A stretch of 64,000 nucleotides of DNA, taken from the NCBI GenBank assembly GCA_950097015.1, contig CATNEN010000039.1:8060001-8124000 (forward strand), written 5' to 3'. The position numbers and the translations under genes were made by a program. Positions within the stretch are counted from its first letter, which is position 1. The number at the start of each line of letters is the position of its first letter. This document shows positions 21,565 through 34,390 of this stretch, one piece after another. The notes under the pieces are model-generated. The model did not search any database. It saw nothing but the letters and a program-made list of their open reading frames with translations, and was not told the DNA's origin. Source of the DNA: Macrostomum hystrix (Eukaryota; Animalia; Platyhelminthes).

Positions 21565-24188
21565 CTTTAACCCGCATTTCAAGTTCAGCTATCTGTTTAT
21601 ACCTATTCATCGAGAATTTAGTGTTTGCGAACATTTATTGTGTTTATTGTGTTCATACATTTTGGGTAAAAACTAAATTATTGAACTTTATTTTTGTGTC
21701 GCATTGTCATTTAAAATTATTGCAATAAAAGTTCATAATCAAATTTATCGCAAACTTTTAGAATATCTGTCCTATGAAATGAGGATACTCAATTACTAAT
21801 TTTTAATTCATTAGACTTAGTGTCTTGCCAAACAATTAATATTGTTTGTGTTTGAACGGCCGACAGCAAATCACTGGTCCATAATTTTCTACTAGTCTTA
21901 GTAGTAAGAACAAGTAGAAGAACATACTTTTCTATGTGAGCCAAGTTTCAGTGGCTTGCTAGCTAACGCAGTCGCTTTGCCAGGCTATGTTTGCGGCTAG
22001 ATAGATGCATAAATCTATGGTATCTATGGTAATAACTGGTTGCCTGCTGGGGGACATTGGTTGCCTGTTGGAGGGGCATTGGTTGCCTGCTGGGTGGAAC
22101 ATTGGTTGCTTGCTGGGTGGAACATTGGTTGCCTGCTACCCCTGATCATCGGCCGATGTCGGCATCAAAATACGTGTCAACGCGTGCTTAAAACATTAAA
22201 AGTCACTGTTACAGACAATAATGAAAATTAAACAGCTCCTTCAGCCATACGTACACACATACGTACCATCATTCAGATCGATACTTTAACGAATAAGCAA
22301 AGAATAATTTTTTACTACGCACTTTTTTTACTTTATTTATTTATTACTTCTTTTTGAGTATTAAAAACTTCAAGTAGATTATTAAATATGTTGATCTGAA
22401 GTACATTAAGGAGGAACTGAAGGCGTGGGTGAGAATCTCAGGGAGACTCGGGGTTGAAGATTAGGGGGGAGTGGAAAATGGGCCAACAACGAGAGAGCGA
22501 CCCAGGAGAAACTCCGCATGCCGTAGAAATGCACCAAGGCCAGCAGGCCAGAAGCTGTTAAAAACTAGCTGGTGAAACAAAACAGTTTGTTTTTTTAACG
22601 GTTTTACGTATTATACTACTGTAGCTGTATCAAATAAATATATTCGATAAGTAGCGCTAGATGCAAGCCAACTGTATTGTTTTTTTTTCATTTCCCGTGC
22701 ACGTCGTGTTTTTTATAACCGAGTCTCACTGATAACTGTACGTATTACTTTATGAGCTCCATATAAAAATGCGATATGTTCATTTATCGAACTATCAGAA
22801 AAGCGGTTTGTAGAAAGTTAAAGTTTCTAAAATGTTAGCTCGATTAACAGCAGTCATTGAAAGCTGGCTCTACATGTGGAAGATCAATTGAAAGATTCGT
22901 CATATAATTCAGATAGCTCGTACATGCGTGAGCGCATTGTTGAATGCTAAATGCAATATACATTTTTGCTCTGGCCTCTTAGCATCGCATAAATATGAGC
23001 ATGCTATAATGATGTTTCTATATGTGGCAGTCGAATTGTCAAAAGTAAAATTAACATAAAAAATCGAAAACTTTTCAGTCCATGGACTTGGCCTTCATCA
23101 AAACCTACCTGAACTAAAATACTGACACCCAATTTCACAGCTGGTCGCATTCTAGGATTCAGAAATATTATTCTAGCGAATCTTGTGAAAGTGTGAAAGT
23201 ACAGGTGTGAAGTAAAAGGTGTGAAAGTACATGTAGTCAAACAAAAACAATTTACTTAAAAAATATAGCTTTCTAAACAAAAGCATGCAGGAGAGATTGT
23301 TGTTGTGGAGTGCAACTTTGAGTAATTTATATGCATTAAACCTGCATTAATAATAGAATATTTTTACTTTAAAAAAAGAAATAAATTTAGTATAGTGGAA
23401 GTTCCTTTGCTTCACTAATATGGAAAACCAATATTTTTCACTTCAAGTGTAGCTAAATGTATTGGAGGCTTATAATAAAAAAATCAGCAATAAAATTAAC
23501 AATAGAAAGTGCGCATGCAGACACAAAAATTCACATGAAAAAGTACTAAAATATTTTTCACATTATTGTAGAAATCTGTAAAAGATAATTAGCACTGCAA
23601 AGAGAATATAATAAAAACAGGAAACACACCAAATATAAAAAAGTCTATATACATTTCTCCTAATAAATGGCCAGCACTGATGTAAAAAACACTTAACAAA
23701 TTATTTCATCATAAGTATGTTTTCAAGTGCAAATAGTTACTTGACAAGTTGTAAATAGTTTACTAGTTTATAATGTAGTAAATTTGTAAAACAACTTAGT
23801 GTGCAAAAACACCAATAGAAAAAGCATATTTATGTTAGCTATCAGCAAAGATTTAGTGACTGTTTCGAAAAATATTTTTATATTTTCAGTGCTTATAAAA
23901 GTAGCTACTGATTGTATCCCTGAGAATCAGGGATAGTTGCAGCTAATTAGTCACCTGAGCATCAGGTAGCTGACCGAAGTACTGCGGTACTGCGGTAACA
24001 ATATAGTGGATAAAGATACAACTGAGATACAAAATCGTGTGTTGTGGACCCTGGGCCTTACATGAGGAATTACAAGCACTAAATATAAGCAAATTATAAG
24101 CACTGTTTCTTGTCAGTTGTTAAAACACAATTCTAAAGCGTATTCAGCAGTCAAAACAGTAGTCCAATATCAAAGTCTATTCTAACTG

Positions 24189-24713
24189 TTACGGAAGAGA
24201 TTCTATGATAGAGCTGCAAGCAGGAAACAGTTGAATCAGGGCCTCTGAATTAGAGTACTCGGCATCAGAGAACTCGAAACCTGGCGCGCAAACACATGAA
24301 AAGAGAGCATATGAATCCTCTGAAACTGAGGAACAGTGCACAGTAAACCAACTTTTAGCAGGGACTGTGATGCTAAGATGGGTCTCGGCGTTTTGGCAAC
24401 TATGCGTTTTCTGCTCAAAGTTAGCAAAATATACATGTCTGTGCTGACCGTCCGAAGATATTATATCCATTTTAGCAACAGAAGTTCCACCAAGATAAGA
24501 CCAAGTTTCGTCTTGTTGCAGCTTATGCCAACGACTGAACTGGGAGCCAGTGATTAAGTAGTAGATATTCGTGCATGTAACATGTGGGGCATCAGAGAAT
24601 GTAACTTTTATAGAACTACGCCAAATTTCCTTGTAGAATCCGCCTTCCTGAGGCAATGGCTGAAGGTCGTAGGCTTCTATAACGCGCTGCACAACAGTTG
24701 ATTGTGATTCCAT
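24189..24713 (-). CDS. Intronless cupin, DUF985/Cupin_5 family
   Basis: Motifs LQPLPQEGGFYKE, TNIYYL, SRWHKL..DETW, VPAKSW and LFSCVCAPGFEFSD. Confidence 0.88.
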   Translation of the reverse strand: MESQSTVVQRVIEAYDLQPLPQEGGFYKEIWRSSIKVTFSDAPHVTCTNIYYLITGSQFSRWHKLQQDETWSYLGGTSVAKMDIISSDGQHRHVYFANFEQKTHSCQNAETHLSITVPAKSWFTVHCSSVSEDSYALFSCVCAPGFEFSDAEYSNSEALIQLFPACSSIIESLP

Positions 24714-25554
24714 TGCCAGTCTTGGAAGCGCACACTCCGCAACTAAGTATAAGTAAATCACACGACGGTCATGTCTCTGTGATGAATCTTCATGTAAAAC
24801 GTGTTAAAAGTTAGTAAGTTAAATTTGTGCGCAATACTGCAAGCGGCGGTTGCAGTATAAGAATACATGCTTAGTATAAATAAAGAATTATGTTTTCATA
24901 GATTGTTTGTATGCGTCTTCTTTTAGAAAATTATATGCAAGAGTAACTGAATGGCCATGGATATCTTGCTTAATTAAGCATCGTGTTCGTCTTTCGAAGA
25001 AGTAGAATGCCCTAATGTACATTTTTGCTGTTAAACTTGAGTCACCGATTTACTACATTTACTTTTGCTTCTCTGTGCGGAATTATATCTAGTACAGTCT
25101 TGGTAGCTAGCTATGTAACATAGCTGTCTTTTTAGGGTTTTTAAACACATTTTCACTTTAAGTTTCACTATATCACTTTATTTGCATTTTCAATTTGCAT
25201 ATTCACTATTCAATTGAACTTTGAATTTGAACAAAAGGTGACAGAACAGGACTTATAACAATTAATTTGTTTGAAGTTTTTACAGCACAAAAAAATGTAG
25301 ATAAGTTACTTCAACTTACAGAGCATATTGGTTTATTCATGCAAAGTTATAAAATTTGGATTGACATTGGCATAGACCTATCCTATATCACCTTAGCAGT
25401 GTTGTGTAATATCTTAGCTAAGCTAAACCCTGTAGTCTGTATGTACATAGTCTGTAGGTTTTATACTGACTGTTAGGTACGCCTATTACTACTTTATTCA
25501 CCATTCTATTGTACACACTAGACTAGACTAGACTAGACTAGACTAGACTCCACT

Positions 25555-25760
25555 AGAACAATTTGTGTCCTTTAGCAAGACACTTAACTCTGCATTGCTT
25601 CAGTTCACCCAGCTGTTAAATGGGTACTCAGCATCAGCTGGGAGATTGAAGGTAGGTGTGGCGTCCCCCCAGTCCATGGACTGAGCCTTCAGATATGCGG
25701 CGCAATAGCTGCGGCTATGCTGTTGGCTGCACATCTGGCCTAATTGGGGCAGGTGTAATC
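25555..25760 (+). mobile_element. SINE family B (CORE-like central domain), 5'-truncated
   Basis: TGTGTCCTTTAGCAAGACACTTAACTCT...CACCCAGCTGTTAAATGGGTAC; related copies near 38450-38990, 40895-41410 and 59420-59590. Confidence 0.7.
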
Positions 25761-26205
25761 AATTATTTATTATATAATTATTGTACACATTTGATCTCTT
25801 TTTGAATGTATGCCATTCACTATGGCCTAAGGTAAATGCATTAGATGGGGTTTTTCATATGTCAGCCTGAATTTTCTGGCAAGCATGACAGCATGACATG
25901 ATCCAGACTCATGTGATTATATTTGATTTTGGAAATTTTTTGTTGGCTATTTTTTGTAAAAACTCAATATTGAGCAGTTATTTGTTCATGAAAAGGTTTT
26001 AATATAAACTTCAAGTCAGAATAGCTTATAATTTATAAGACTTTACAAGACAGTTTAGGTTACTTATTTTTAGCTAACTAAACAGCAATTTGTTGGTTAT
26101 GTAGATCTATAGTTTTTTAGTATTGCTAGGTTTAGCAATTAGTTTAAAGTGTTTTATTTCTTGTTTGCTACCAATTTGACAAGTAATTTTCTGTTTTCAG
26201 GCAGC

Positions 26206-27015
26206 ATGGCATCCAACAGTTCACAGCAGCAGCAGCAGCAGCTAGCTCAGCAAGCTGAGCAGCAACATCAAAGGCAAGAAGAGGAGAGACAGCGAACTGA
26301 GATGAAGAATGTCATGCTCAGCCAGATACTAGATCAGGCTGCCAGGGCAAGATTAAACACTCTGGCTATGACTAAGCCTGATAAGGCTGCTCTGGTTAGT
26401 TTTTTTCAGATTTTTGCTAACAATATTTTGCTACATCGTTTTCTTAGCTATAGATTTTTATTGACTAGTTACTCAAAACAAACTTTTCCCCATCAATATT
26501 AATGCCATTCTGCCCCTCAGTCTGCCTTTATACCTCTCAGTCTGTCACTCCACCCCTCAGTCTGTCACTCTACCCCTCAGTCTGTCACTACCCCTCGGCC
26601 CTCAGCCTGTCACTCTACCCCTCAGCCTGTCACTCTACCCATCAGTCTGTCACTCTACCCATCAGCCTGTCACTCTACCCCTCAGTCTGTCACTCTACCC
26701 ATCAGTCTGTCACTCTACCCCTCTGTCACTCTACCCCTCAGTCTGTCACTCTACCCATCAGTCTGTCACTCTACCCCTCAGTATGTCACTCTCTCACTGA
26801 GTCTGTCACCCCTCAGTCCGTCCCTCCACCTCTCACTCTCGCAGGTTGAGCAGCGCCTGATAGCCATGGCCAGGTCAGGCCAGATAGCTGATAAAGTGTC
26901 CGAACAGCAGCTGAAGCAAATCCTAGAAGCGGCTAGCGGTTCGAGCTCTCGCGCGACTGTCAACGTCAAATTCGATCGAAGGCGCGCGGCCATTGACTCG
27001 GACGACGATGATTGA
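26206..27015 (+). CDS. PDCD5: Programmed cell death protein 5; exons 26206-26394, 26845-27015
   Basis: MKNVMLSQILDQAARARLNTLAMTKPDKAAL|VEQRLIAMARSGQIADKVSEQQLKQIL...VKFDRRRAAIDSDDDD*. A further upstream coding exon is possible. Confidence 0.93.
26510..26840. repeat. ~20-bp tandem repeat CAGTCTGTCACTCTACCCCT in the PDCD5 intron
   Basis: Visible array. Confidence 0.92.
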
Positions 27016-27874
27016 TTCGATTGATTAATTTTATGAAATTATTGACTGAGTTTCTTTATCTCTCAAGCTTTTGCATCCCCTTTCGCCACCGCTTTTATAC
27101 CGTCGCTAATGTCCTAAATTACAATGAAAACATGGGTCTGAACACGGGTACTCCCCCTACTAGCCTTTGCGCAATCTGAGAACTAATCCAGATTGTTGAT
27201 TTTCAAAACCCTTGCTTTGTTCAAACCATACGCACCATTTCATTTTGATGTCTGTGACAAAACACTAACAGGCCCTTCAATCTGTTAGCTAGAAAGTTAT
27301 TAATTTAGTTTATTCTCTGTTCCAAAGTCTGGATTGTCAAGTTATTTAAAAATTTACGACTATTGAGCGAATCTGACTATTGCTAATAATAGAGTTTTCT
27401 ACCGATCAAAAATCCCCCATCTTTAATAAATAGAATCTATAGAATAATAAGAGTTTTCCCGCAGCCAGAGAGGGGACACTTCTGTTCAGTACGCTAAACC
27501 ATGAACACACACGCACACATGCTGTAAGTAGGCACACTCTCACACAGGTGTGTACATCTGCCCTGACTTTCTTATCGCCAGCTAGTGTACACTCTCACTG
27601 TGCCTTGGGGGCTGGCCCCTTGAGTGCGTAAATTGCAAGACATGCCCCCAAGCCTTCTGTACGCAACTGCGCCCGCCCCCCAGTTTCTAAGTTCTAGATT
27701 CTTAGAAAAGGGAATTTCCAAACCGTTGATTTTTAGAAAAGATGTTTCCCACATTATACTCCGTATTCAACGTTTTCTACTTATGGATTCTGGAATTCCC
27801 TAATGCTCTAATCCCTAATTCCCTAATTTCTTAGAATGGGGAATCCCTAACGCTTGATTTTTAAAGGGGCCGAT

Positions 27875-28226
27875 AAATAATAATAATGATTGCAGGAGGG
27901 CTGTGGGCTGACCCGCAGCCAACGAGGAGGCAATTCTGCCCGTTTCGCTGACTCACTCACTCCCTCACACACACAGATACCGTAAGAAAGCAAGAACTCG
28001 CAAAGGTGTGTACATCTGCCCTGACTTTCTCATCTTCAGGCAATGTACACTTTCACTGTACCTTTGCCCTTAGAGATTAGCCCTTAAGGTCGTAAATTGC
28101 ACGACAAGCCCCAAGCCTTCTTTCTCCGCGGCTTCGCCCTAAATAAATGCGGACTTGCCACGGAATCGAGCTTAGGGACCTGCGAGAGGCAAACACGTCA
28201 ATGGCTCTGCCACCGACCCACCCCCT
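27875..28226 (-). mobile_element. SINE family A copy (a partial copy lies at about 27430-27680)
   Basis: Reverse-complement similarity to 13342-13700. Confidence 0.8.
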
Positions 28227-28309
28227 AGAAGGGGGACCTCTAATCCTTAATTTTTAGTGGTAATACCTTGCGCTAGCTTTTTAAAAGTGGGAATCCTTAA
28301 GTCTAGTTT

Positions 28310-29130
28310 CTTAGATGGTGGAATCTCAGATGCTTGATTCTTAGATTGGGGAATCCCAAATGCTTGATTCATAGATTGGGGAATCCCAGATGCTTGATTC
28401 ATAGATGGGGGAATCCCAGATGCTAGATTCTTAGATGGGGAAATCCCAGATGCTAGATTCTTAGATTGGGGAATCCCAGATGCTAGATTCTTAGATGGGG
28501 AAATCCCAGATGCTAGATTCTTAGATGGGGGAATCTCAGATGCTAGATTCTTAGATGGGGAAATCCCAGATGCTAGATTCTTAGATTGGGGAATCTCAGA
28601 TGCTAGATTCTTAGATGGGGAAATCCCAGATGCTAGATTCTTAGATGGGGAAATCCCAGATGCTAGATTCTTAGATGGGGGAATCTCAGATGCTAGATTC
28701 TTAGATGGGGAAATCCCAGATGCTAGATTCTTAGATTGGGGAATCTCAGATGCTAGATTCTTAGATGGGGAAATCCCAGATGCTAGATTCTTAGATGGGG
28801 AAATCCCAGATGCTAGATTCTTAGATGGGGGAATCTCAGATGCTAGATTCTTAGATGGGGAAATCCCAGATGCTAGATTCTTAGATTGGGGAATCTCAGA
28901 TGCTAGATTCTTAGATGGGGAAATCCCAGATGCTAGATTCTTAGATGGGGAAATCCCAGATGCTAGATTCTTAGATGGGGGATCCCAGATGCTAGATTCT
29001 TAGATGGGGGAATCCCAGATGCTAGATTCTTAGATTGGGGAATCCCAGATGCTTGATTCATAGATAGGGGAATCCCAGATGCTAGATTCTTAGATGGGGA
29101 AATCCCAGATGCTAGATTCTTAGATCGGGA
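28310..29130. repeat. 30-bp minisatellite AAATCCCAGATGCTAGATTCTTAGATGGGG
   Basis: About 27 copies. Confidence 0.97.
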
Positions 29131-29350
29131 ATTCTGTAGTGATTATTTCTTTTGCGTGTGAAATTTCTTGTTATTATTTAAAAAGGTAATTTCCTAATGT
29201 TAATTTATTAGGTATCCTAGGTGTCCTAAACTATCAAGCTGCCATCTTTTTCTTTCTCTTTCAGACAAATTTCCTTTGCATTTAACATCGCGCACCGGGT
29301 ATAGAGAGTTCACAGACTGTCCCAGCAAATTCACAACAGACAGCTGCGGC

Positions 29351-31248
29351 ATGGCACTGCGCTTGCGCTGTCGCACTAGCACCGGCCGGCAGGTCACTCT
29401 GGACAGCCTGACACCCAGCAGTCTAGTCGGCGACCTAGTCGAAGCCATCTACATTGCCGCCAAGATTGAGCGAGATCACGAGCTCCACGTTAAATCCGGC
29501 TATCCGCCTAAGCCGCTGGATTTGAGCAAGCCGAGCCTAAGCCTGGCCAGCTTGGGCCTGTCCAATGGCGAGGCACTAATCGTTGAAGCCAAACGAAGCA
29601 GCCAATGGCGGAGAGACAAAGCCGAACAATTGGACTCTGCGCTTAGCAGGCAGGCCGAGTTTGGCTCCGGCTTCCTGTCAGTGCAAACCATTCCGGCCAA
29701 TAATTCCTGCCTATTTTTGGCCATAGACTATTGTGTGGCCAATCGGGCTGCGGTTAATTTGGAATCTGCCGCGCCGATGCGAGAGGCGATTGCGGAGACG
29801 GTGTGTGCATCAGATGGTCCTTGTCTGAAATGCCTAGTTCTTTTCAGAGTCACTCAGTTCTTGTCAAATCAATCAATATCTAGTCAGAGCCATCCATTTC
29901 TTGTCTGAGCCATCCCTTTCTAGTCAGGGTTATCCATATCTTGTCTGAGCCATCCCTTTCTAGTCAGGGTTATCCATATCTTGTCTGAGCCATTCCTTTC
30001 TAGTCAGGGTTATCCATATCTTGTCTGAGCCATCCCTTTCTAGTCAGGGTTATCCATATCTTGTCTGAGCCATCCCTTTCTAGTCAGGGTTATCCATATC
30101 TTGTCTGAGCCATCCCTTTCTAGTCAGGGTTATCTATTTCTTGTCTGAGCCATCCCTTTCTAGTCAGGGTTATCCATATCTTGTCTGAGCCATCCCTTTC
30201 TAGTCAGGGTTATCCATATCTTGTCTGAGCCATCCCTTTCTAGTCAGGGTTATCCATATCTTGTCTGAGCCATCCCTTTCTAGTCAGGGTCATCCATTTC
30301 TTGTCAAGGTCATCCATTTCTTGTCAGGGTCATCCATTTCTTGTCAGGGTCACCCATTTATTGTCAGGGTCATCCATTTCTTGTCAGGGTTATCCATTTC
30401 TTGTCAAGGTCATCCATTTCTTGTCAAGGTCATCCATTTCTTGTCAGGGTTATCCATTTCTTGTCAAGGTCATCCATTTATTGTCAGGGTCATCCATTTC
30501 TTGTCAAGGTCATCCATTTCTTGTCAAGGTCATCCATTTCTTGTCAAGGTCATCCATTTCTTGTCAGGGTCATCCATTTCTTGTCAGGGTCACCCATTTC
30601 TTGTCAGGTTCATCCATTTCTTGTCAGGTTCATCCATTTCTTGTCAGGTTCATCCATTTCTTGTTAGAGCCCCCTTATTATTTTATAAATGACCGCATTA
30701 TTAGTGTTCACTGTTCTGGGGTCCAGGTGACAATGATCAATGAACCAATGGCAATGTTTCAGGTGTCCTCAGATCCCGTCACTTACTCAGCGGTTTTCCT
30801 GGACCGCGAGAACTCGGCCTATTGTCAGTGGATTCGATCCCCTAACAGCTGGGGTGGCGCCATCGAGCTGTCAATCCTCTGCCACCGACTGGGCGTCCAG
30901 ATCAACGTCATCGACACCCAGACCGGCCGCCTGGACTCGTACCCCACGCCCGACGCCGCCGAAAAAATCTATCTCATCTACGACGGCATTCACTACGACG
31001 CAGTTGCTATGGAAAGCCTCGAGGGCGGTTTAACAACTCGATTTAGTCTGGCCGACGAGGCTGTCGACGCCAAAGCTCTGGAACTGGGCCGCGAGGCCAA
31101 GTCAGCCGGTCAGTTCACCGACACGTCCAGATTTCAGCTGCGCTGTGGCAACTGCGCAATCTACCTGCGCGGCGAGGCCGAGGCGAGGCAGCACGCCAAG
31201 GCTACTGGGCACACAGACTTCTCAGAGACTAGGCCTGCCGCCTCTTGA
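29351..31248 (+). CDS. YOD1: OTU deubiquitinase YOD1/OTU1; exons 29351-29800, 30763-31248
   Basis: UBX-like N-terminus (GYPPK), catalytic loop ANNSCLF, WGGAIEL, YDGIHYD, and a C-terminal C2H2 finger (LRCGNC...HAKATGH). Confidence 0.95.
29870..30665. repeat. 20/40-bp tandem repeat CATCCATTTCTTGTCAGGGT in the YOD1 intron
   Basis: Visible array. Confidence 0.95.
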
Positions 31249-31289
31249 CCTGCTCACCAGTCCTGCTCTCTGACTAACACCTGTCATCG

Positions 31290-31595
31290 ACGGATTTTAT
31301 CCCAGATCCCCAGACTGGCAAATCCAGCTTCCCAGATCCCCAAACAGGCAAATCCAGCTTCCCAGATCCCCAAACTGGGAAATCCAGCTTCCCAGATCCC
31401 CAGACTGAGGAAATCCAGCTTCCCAGATCCCCAGACTGGGAAATAAAACCTCCCAGATCCCCAGACTGGGAAATCAAACCTCCCAGATCCCCAGACTGAG
31501 GAAATCAAACCTCCCAGATCCCCAGCTGGGGATGCAAGTTTCCCAGATCCCCAGAACGGGAAATCCAGCTTCCCAGATCCCTAGACTGGGAAGTA
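31290..31595. repeat. ~30-bp tandem repeat CCCAGATCCCCAGACTGGGAAATCCAGCTT
   Basis: Visible array 3' of YOD1. Confidence 0.9.
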
Positions 31596-32167
31596 GCTGA
31601 ATATGTAATGCCATATTGTATTCAATTCTCAGTTTTTTATCCTCGTTTTCGTAACCAATTTTCAATGAATCTGTCATTGTCACAAACCAGCTAAATTTGT
31701 TGTCCAGTAATTCCCAATCCCATTTATAACTTTTTTCCCTATTTTCCTGACCCTGCTCTTTCGCCACCTTTACTATTGAAATAGGCTTTATTCTAATTCT
31801 TCATAGGCCTGCGGTGCTTAGAAGTGTTCGGCCTAACTGTTATTAAGTCCTACTCAAGTTGCATCTGTCCATAGTAGAGAAGCAATCCCTAAAAACAAAA
31901 AACCGCCTTGTCTTTGCGCTTGCAGTCACAATTTGCTTTGAGTTTAAAATGCTAATTTATTATCGCCTCTCAATTGAATCCGGTTGATTTGCGAAAACTT
32001 TTTCTTTTGTAGTCTTTAAATATACAAAATACTACCGCACCAGTTTACTCAACTAAGTTATGTACTAGTTTTACTAGTACTGCTATTAAATGGCTTATCC
32101 CTAAAGTGCTTATGCGATTTTGTTGTAAATTAAAGTAAGTACACTAGGTGCTTGATCAGGTAAGTAA

Positions 32168-33207
32168 TTAACTTAGTGTTACGGTTGATGAGTTAAGTGC
32201 TTAAACTTAGTGTTACAGTTGATGAGTTAAGTGCTTAAACTTAGTGTTACGGTTGATGCGTTAAGTGCTTAAACTTAGTGTTACAGTTGATGAGTTAAGT
32301 GCTTTAAACTTAGTGTTACGGTTGATGAGTTAAGTGATTAAACTTAGTGTTACGGTTGATGAGTTAAGTGATTAAACTTAGTGTTACGGTTGATGAGTTA
32401 AGTGATTAAACTTAGTGTTACAGTTGATGAGTTAAGTGATGAAACTTAGTGTTACAGTCGATGAGTTAAGTGCGGTTGATGCGTTAAGTGCTTAAACTTA
32501 GTGTTACGGTTGATGCGTTAAGTGCTTAAACTTAGTGTTACAGTTGATGAGTTAAGTGCTTTAAACTTAGTGTTACGGTTGATGAGTTAAGTGATTAAAC
32601 TTAGTGTTACGGTTGATGAGTTAAGTGATTAAACTTAGTGTTACAGTTGATGAGTTAAGTGATGAAACTTAGTGTTACAGTCGATGAGTTAAGTGCGGTT
32701 GATGCGTTAAGTGCTTAAACTTAGTGTTACGGTTGATGCGTTAAGTGCTTAAACTTAGTGTTACAGTTGATGAGTTAAGTGCTTTAAACTTAGTGTTACG
32801 GTTGATGAGTTAAGTGATTAAACTTAGTGTTACGGTTGATGAGTTAAGTGATTAAACTTAGTGTTACAGTTGATGAGTTAAGTGATGAAACTTAGTGTTA
32901 CAGTCGATGAGTTAAGTGCGGTTGATGCGTTAAGTGCTTAAACTTAGTGTTACGGTTGATGAGTTAAGTGCTTAAACTTAGTGTTACCGTTGATGAGTTA
33001 AGTGATTAAACTTAGTGTTACGGTTGATGAGTTAAGTGCTTAAACTTAGTGTTACCGTTGATGAGTTAAGTGATTAAACTTAGTGTTACGGTTGATGAGT
33101 TAAGTGATTAAACTTAGTGTTACAGTTGATGAGTTAAGTGATTAAACTTAGTGTTACAGTCGATGAGTTAAGTGCTTAAACTTAGTGTTACGGTTGATGA
33201 GTTAAGT
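32168..33207. repeat. ~33-bp minisatellite AAACTTAGTGTTACGGTTGATGAGTTAAGTGCTT with a 223-bp higher-order period
   Basis: The variant GTCGATGAGTTAAGTGCGG recurs at 32457, 32680 and 32903. Confidence 0.95.
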
Positions 33208-34390
33208 CGACCTGTGGGTCGCCGAGCGCCGCCTCCACCTTTGCAACCGCGCCGGCACATGCACCAGGCTCAACCCCGGCACCGGGGGGAGATCAGCAAC
33301 CGACGTCACCCTAGCGCGGGGGCCCATCGCCCAACTCGTCCGCGATAGCGGGGCGTTGACGAGGACCTCGGATCCGATCACCTATCCGATCAATCTCCCG
33401 TCCGCAGTGCCTGGCGCCAAACCTCTACGCGGACGATAGCAGCCTCATAGCGACACACCCACAGCTTCGGGGCTGCACCGACATCCTCGAACCTGCCATC
33501 GACGCCGTGGTGGAATGGTGCAAGACCGGGAAGGCTATTCTCAGCCGGGAGAAGTGCAAGTATGGCACTTTCACCCTATGCCCAGCCGAGTCCAACGGCA
33601 AGCTCCGCCTCCCGCTCACTATCGACGGCCAGGAGCTCGCCTTCAACCTCCACCCCAGGCTGCTCGGCGTGACCCTCGACTGTCAGCTTAACTTCAGCCT
33701 GCACGGCCAGGAAGTGCGCCGCCGCATGGCCCAACGTCGCAGAGCTCTAGCCGCCATTGTGCACAGAAGCACTGGTGCCAGTGCCGGCGCCCTGCGGGCC
33801 ATCTACCTCGCCACCATCCGCGCCTGCGCCGACTACGGCAGCGCCATTTGGCTGACCGGCGCGGCGCCGAGCACTAGGCGCATCATCGAAAACAGCAGCA
33901 CCGCCGTCACGTTCATCTGGGTGCCAGGCCACGCCGGAATCGACGGCAATGACGCCGCAGATACCGCCGCCGCCGAGGCCGCCATGTTGCCGCAAACCGC
34001 GACCGCCATCAGTCTGCAGACAGCCCGCACCGCCATCCGTCGAGGCCGCCGCGCCCTCGACGCCCAGGTCCTGGGCCCGCCACTCCGACCTACCGAGCCA
34101 GGCCGAAGCAGGGAGGAGTTCGTCGCCGTCAACCAACTTCGCGCCGCCACTCGCGCCTGCATCGGCCTGCAGGAAACTGACATCTGCCCCGATTGCGGCG
34201 CCCCGGACACCGTCGACCACCTCGTTCGTCGCTGCCCCCGAGGGGACGTCGCCCGCCTGCGGCTTTTTGGCAGTGACGACCCGCTGGAGGACCGGCACGG
34301 TCGCCTCCTCGCTCTCCTTCGCAGCATGGGGCGTTGGCCCCGCCACTCTTAGTGCCGCAGCACTAACGGCGAGCCGGGTAGAAGAAGAAG
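33208..34390 (+). mobile_element. Internally deleted non-LTR retrotransposon (APE, RT, RNase H and CCHC remnants) with a (GAA)n tail
   Basis: SATDVT and GSDH (APE), LYADDS at 33423, LLGVTLDCQLNF (RT), WVPGHAGIDGNDAAD (RNase H), CPDC...HLVRRCP, and a GAAGAAGAAG end. Confidence 0.9.

Noticed and set aside
29690-29720. YOD1 as a pseudo-enzyme (ANNSC instead of ADNSC)
   Set aside because: Catalytic Cys and His-Tyr-Asp are intact; a single loop substitution is insufficient evidence.
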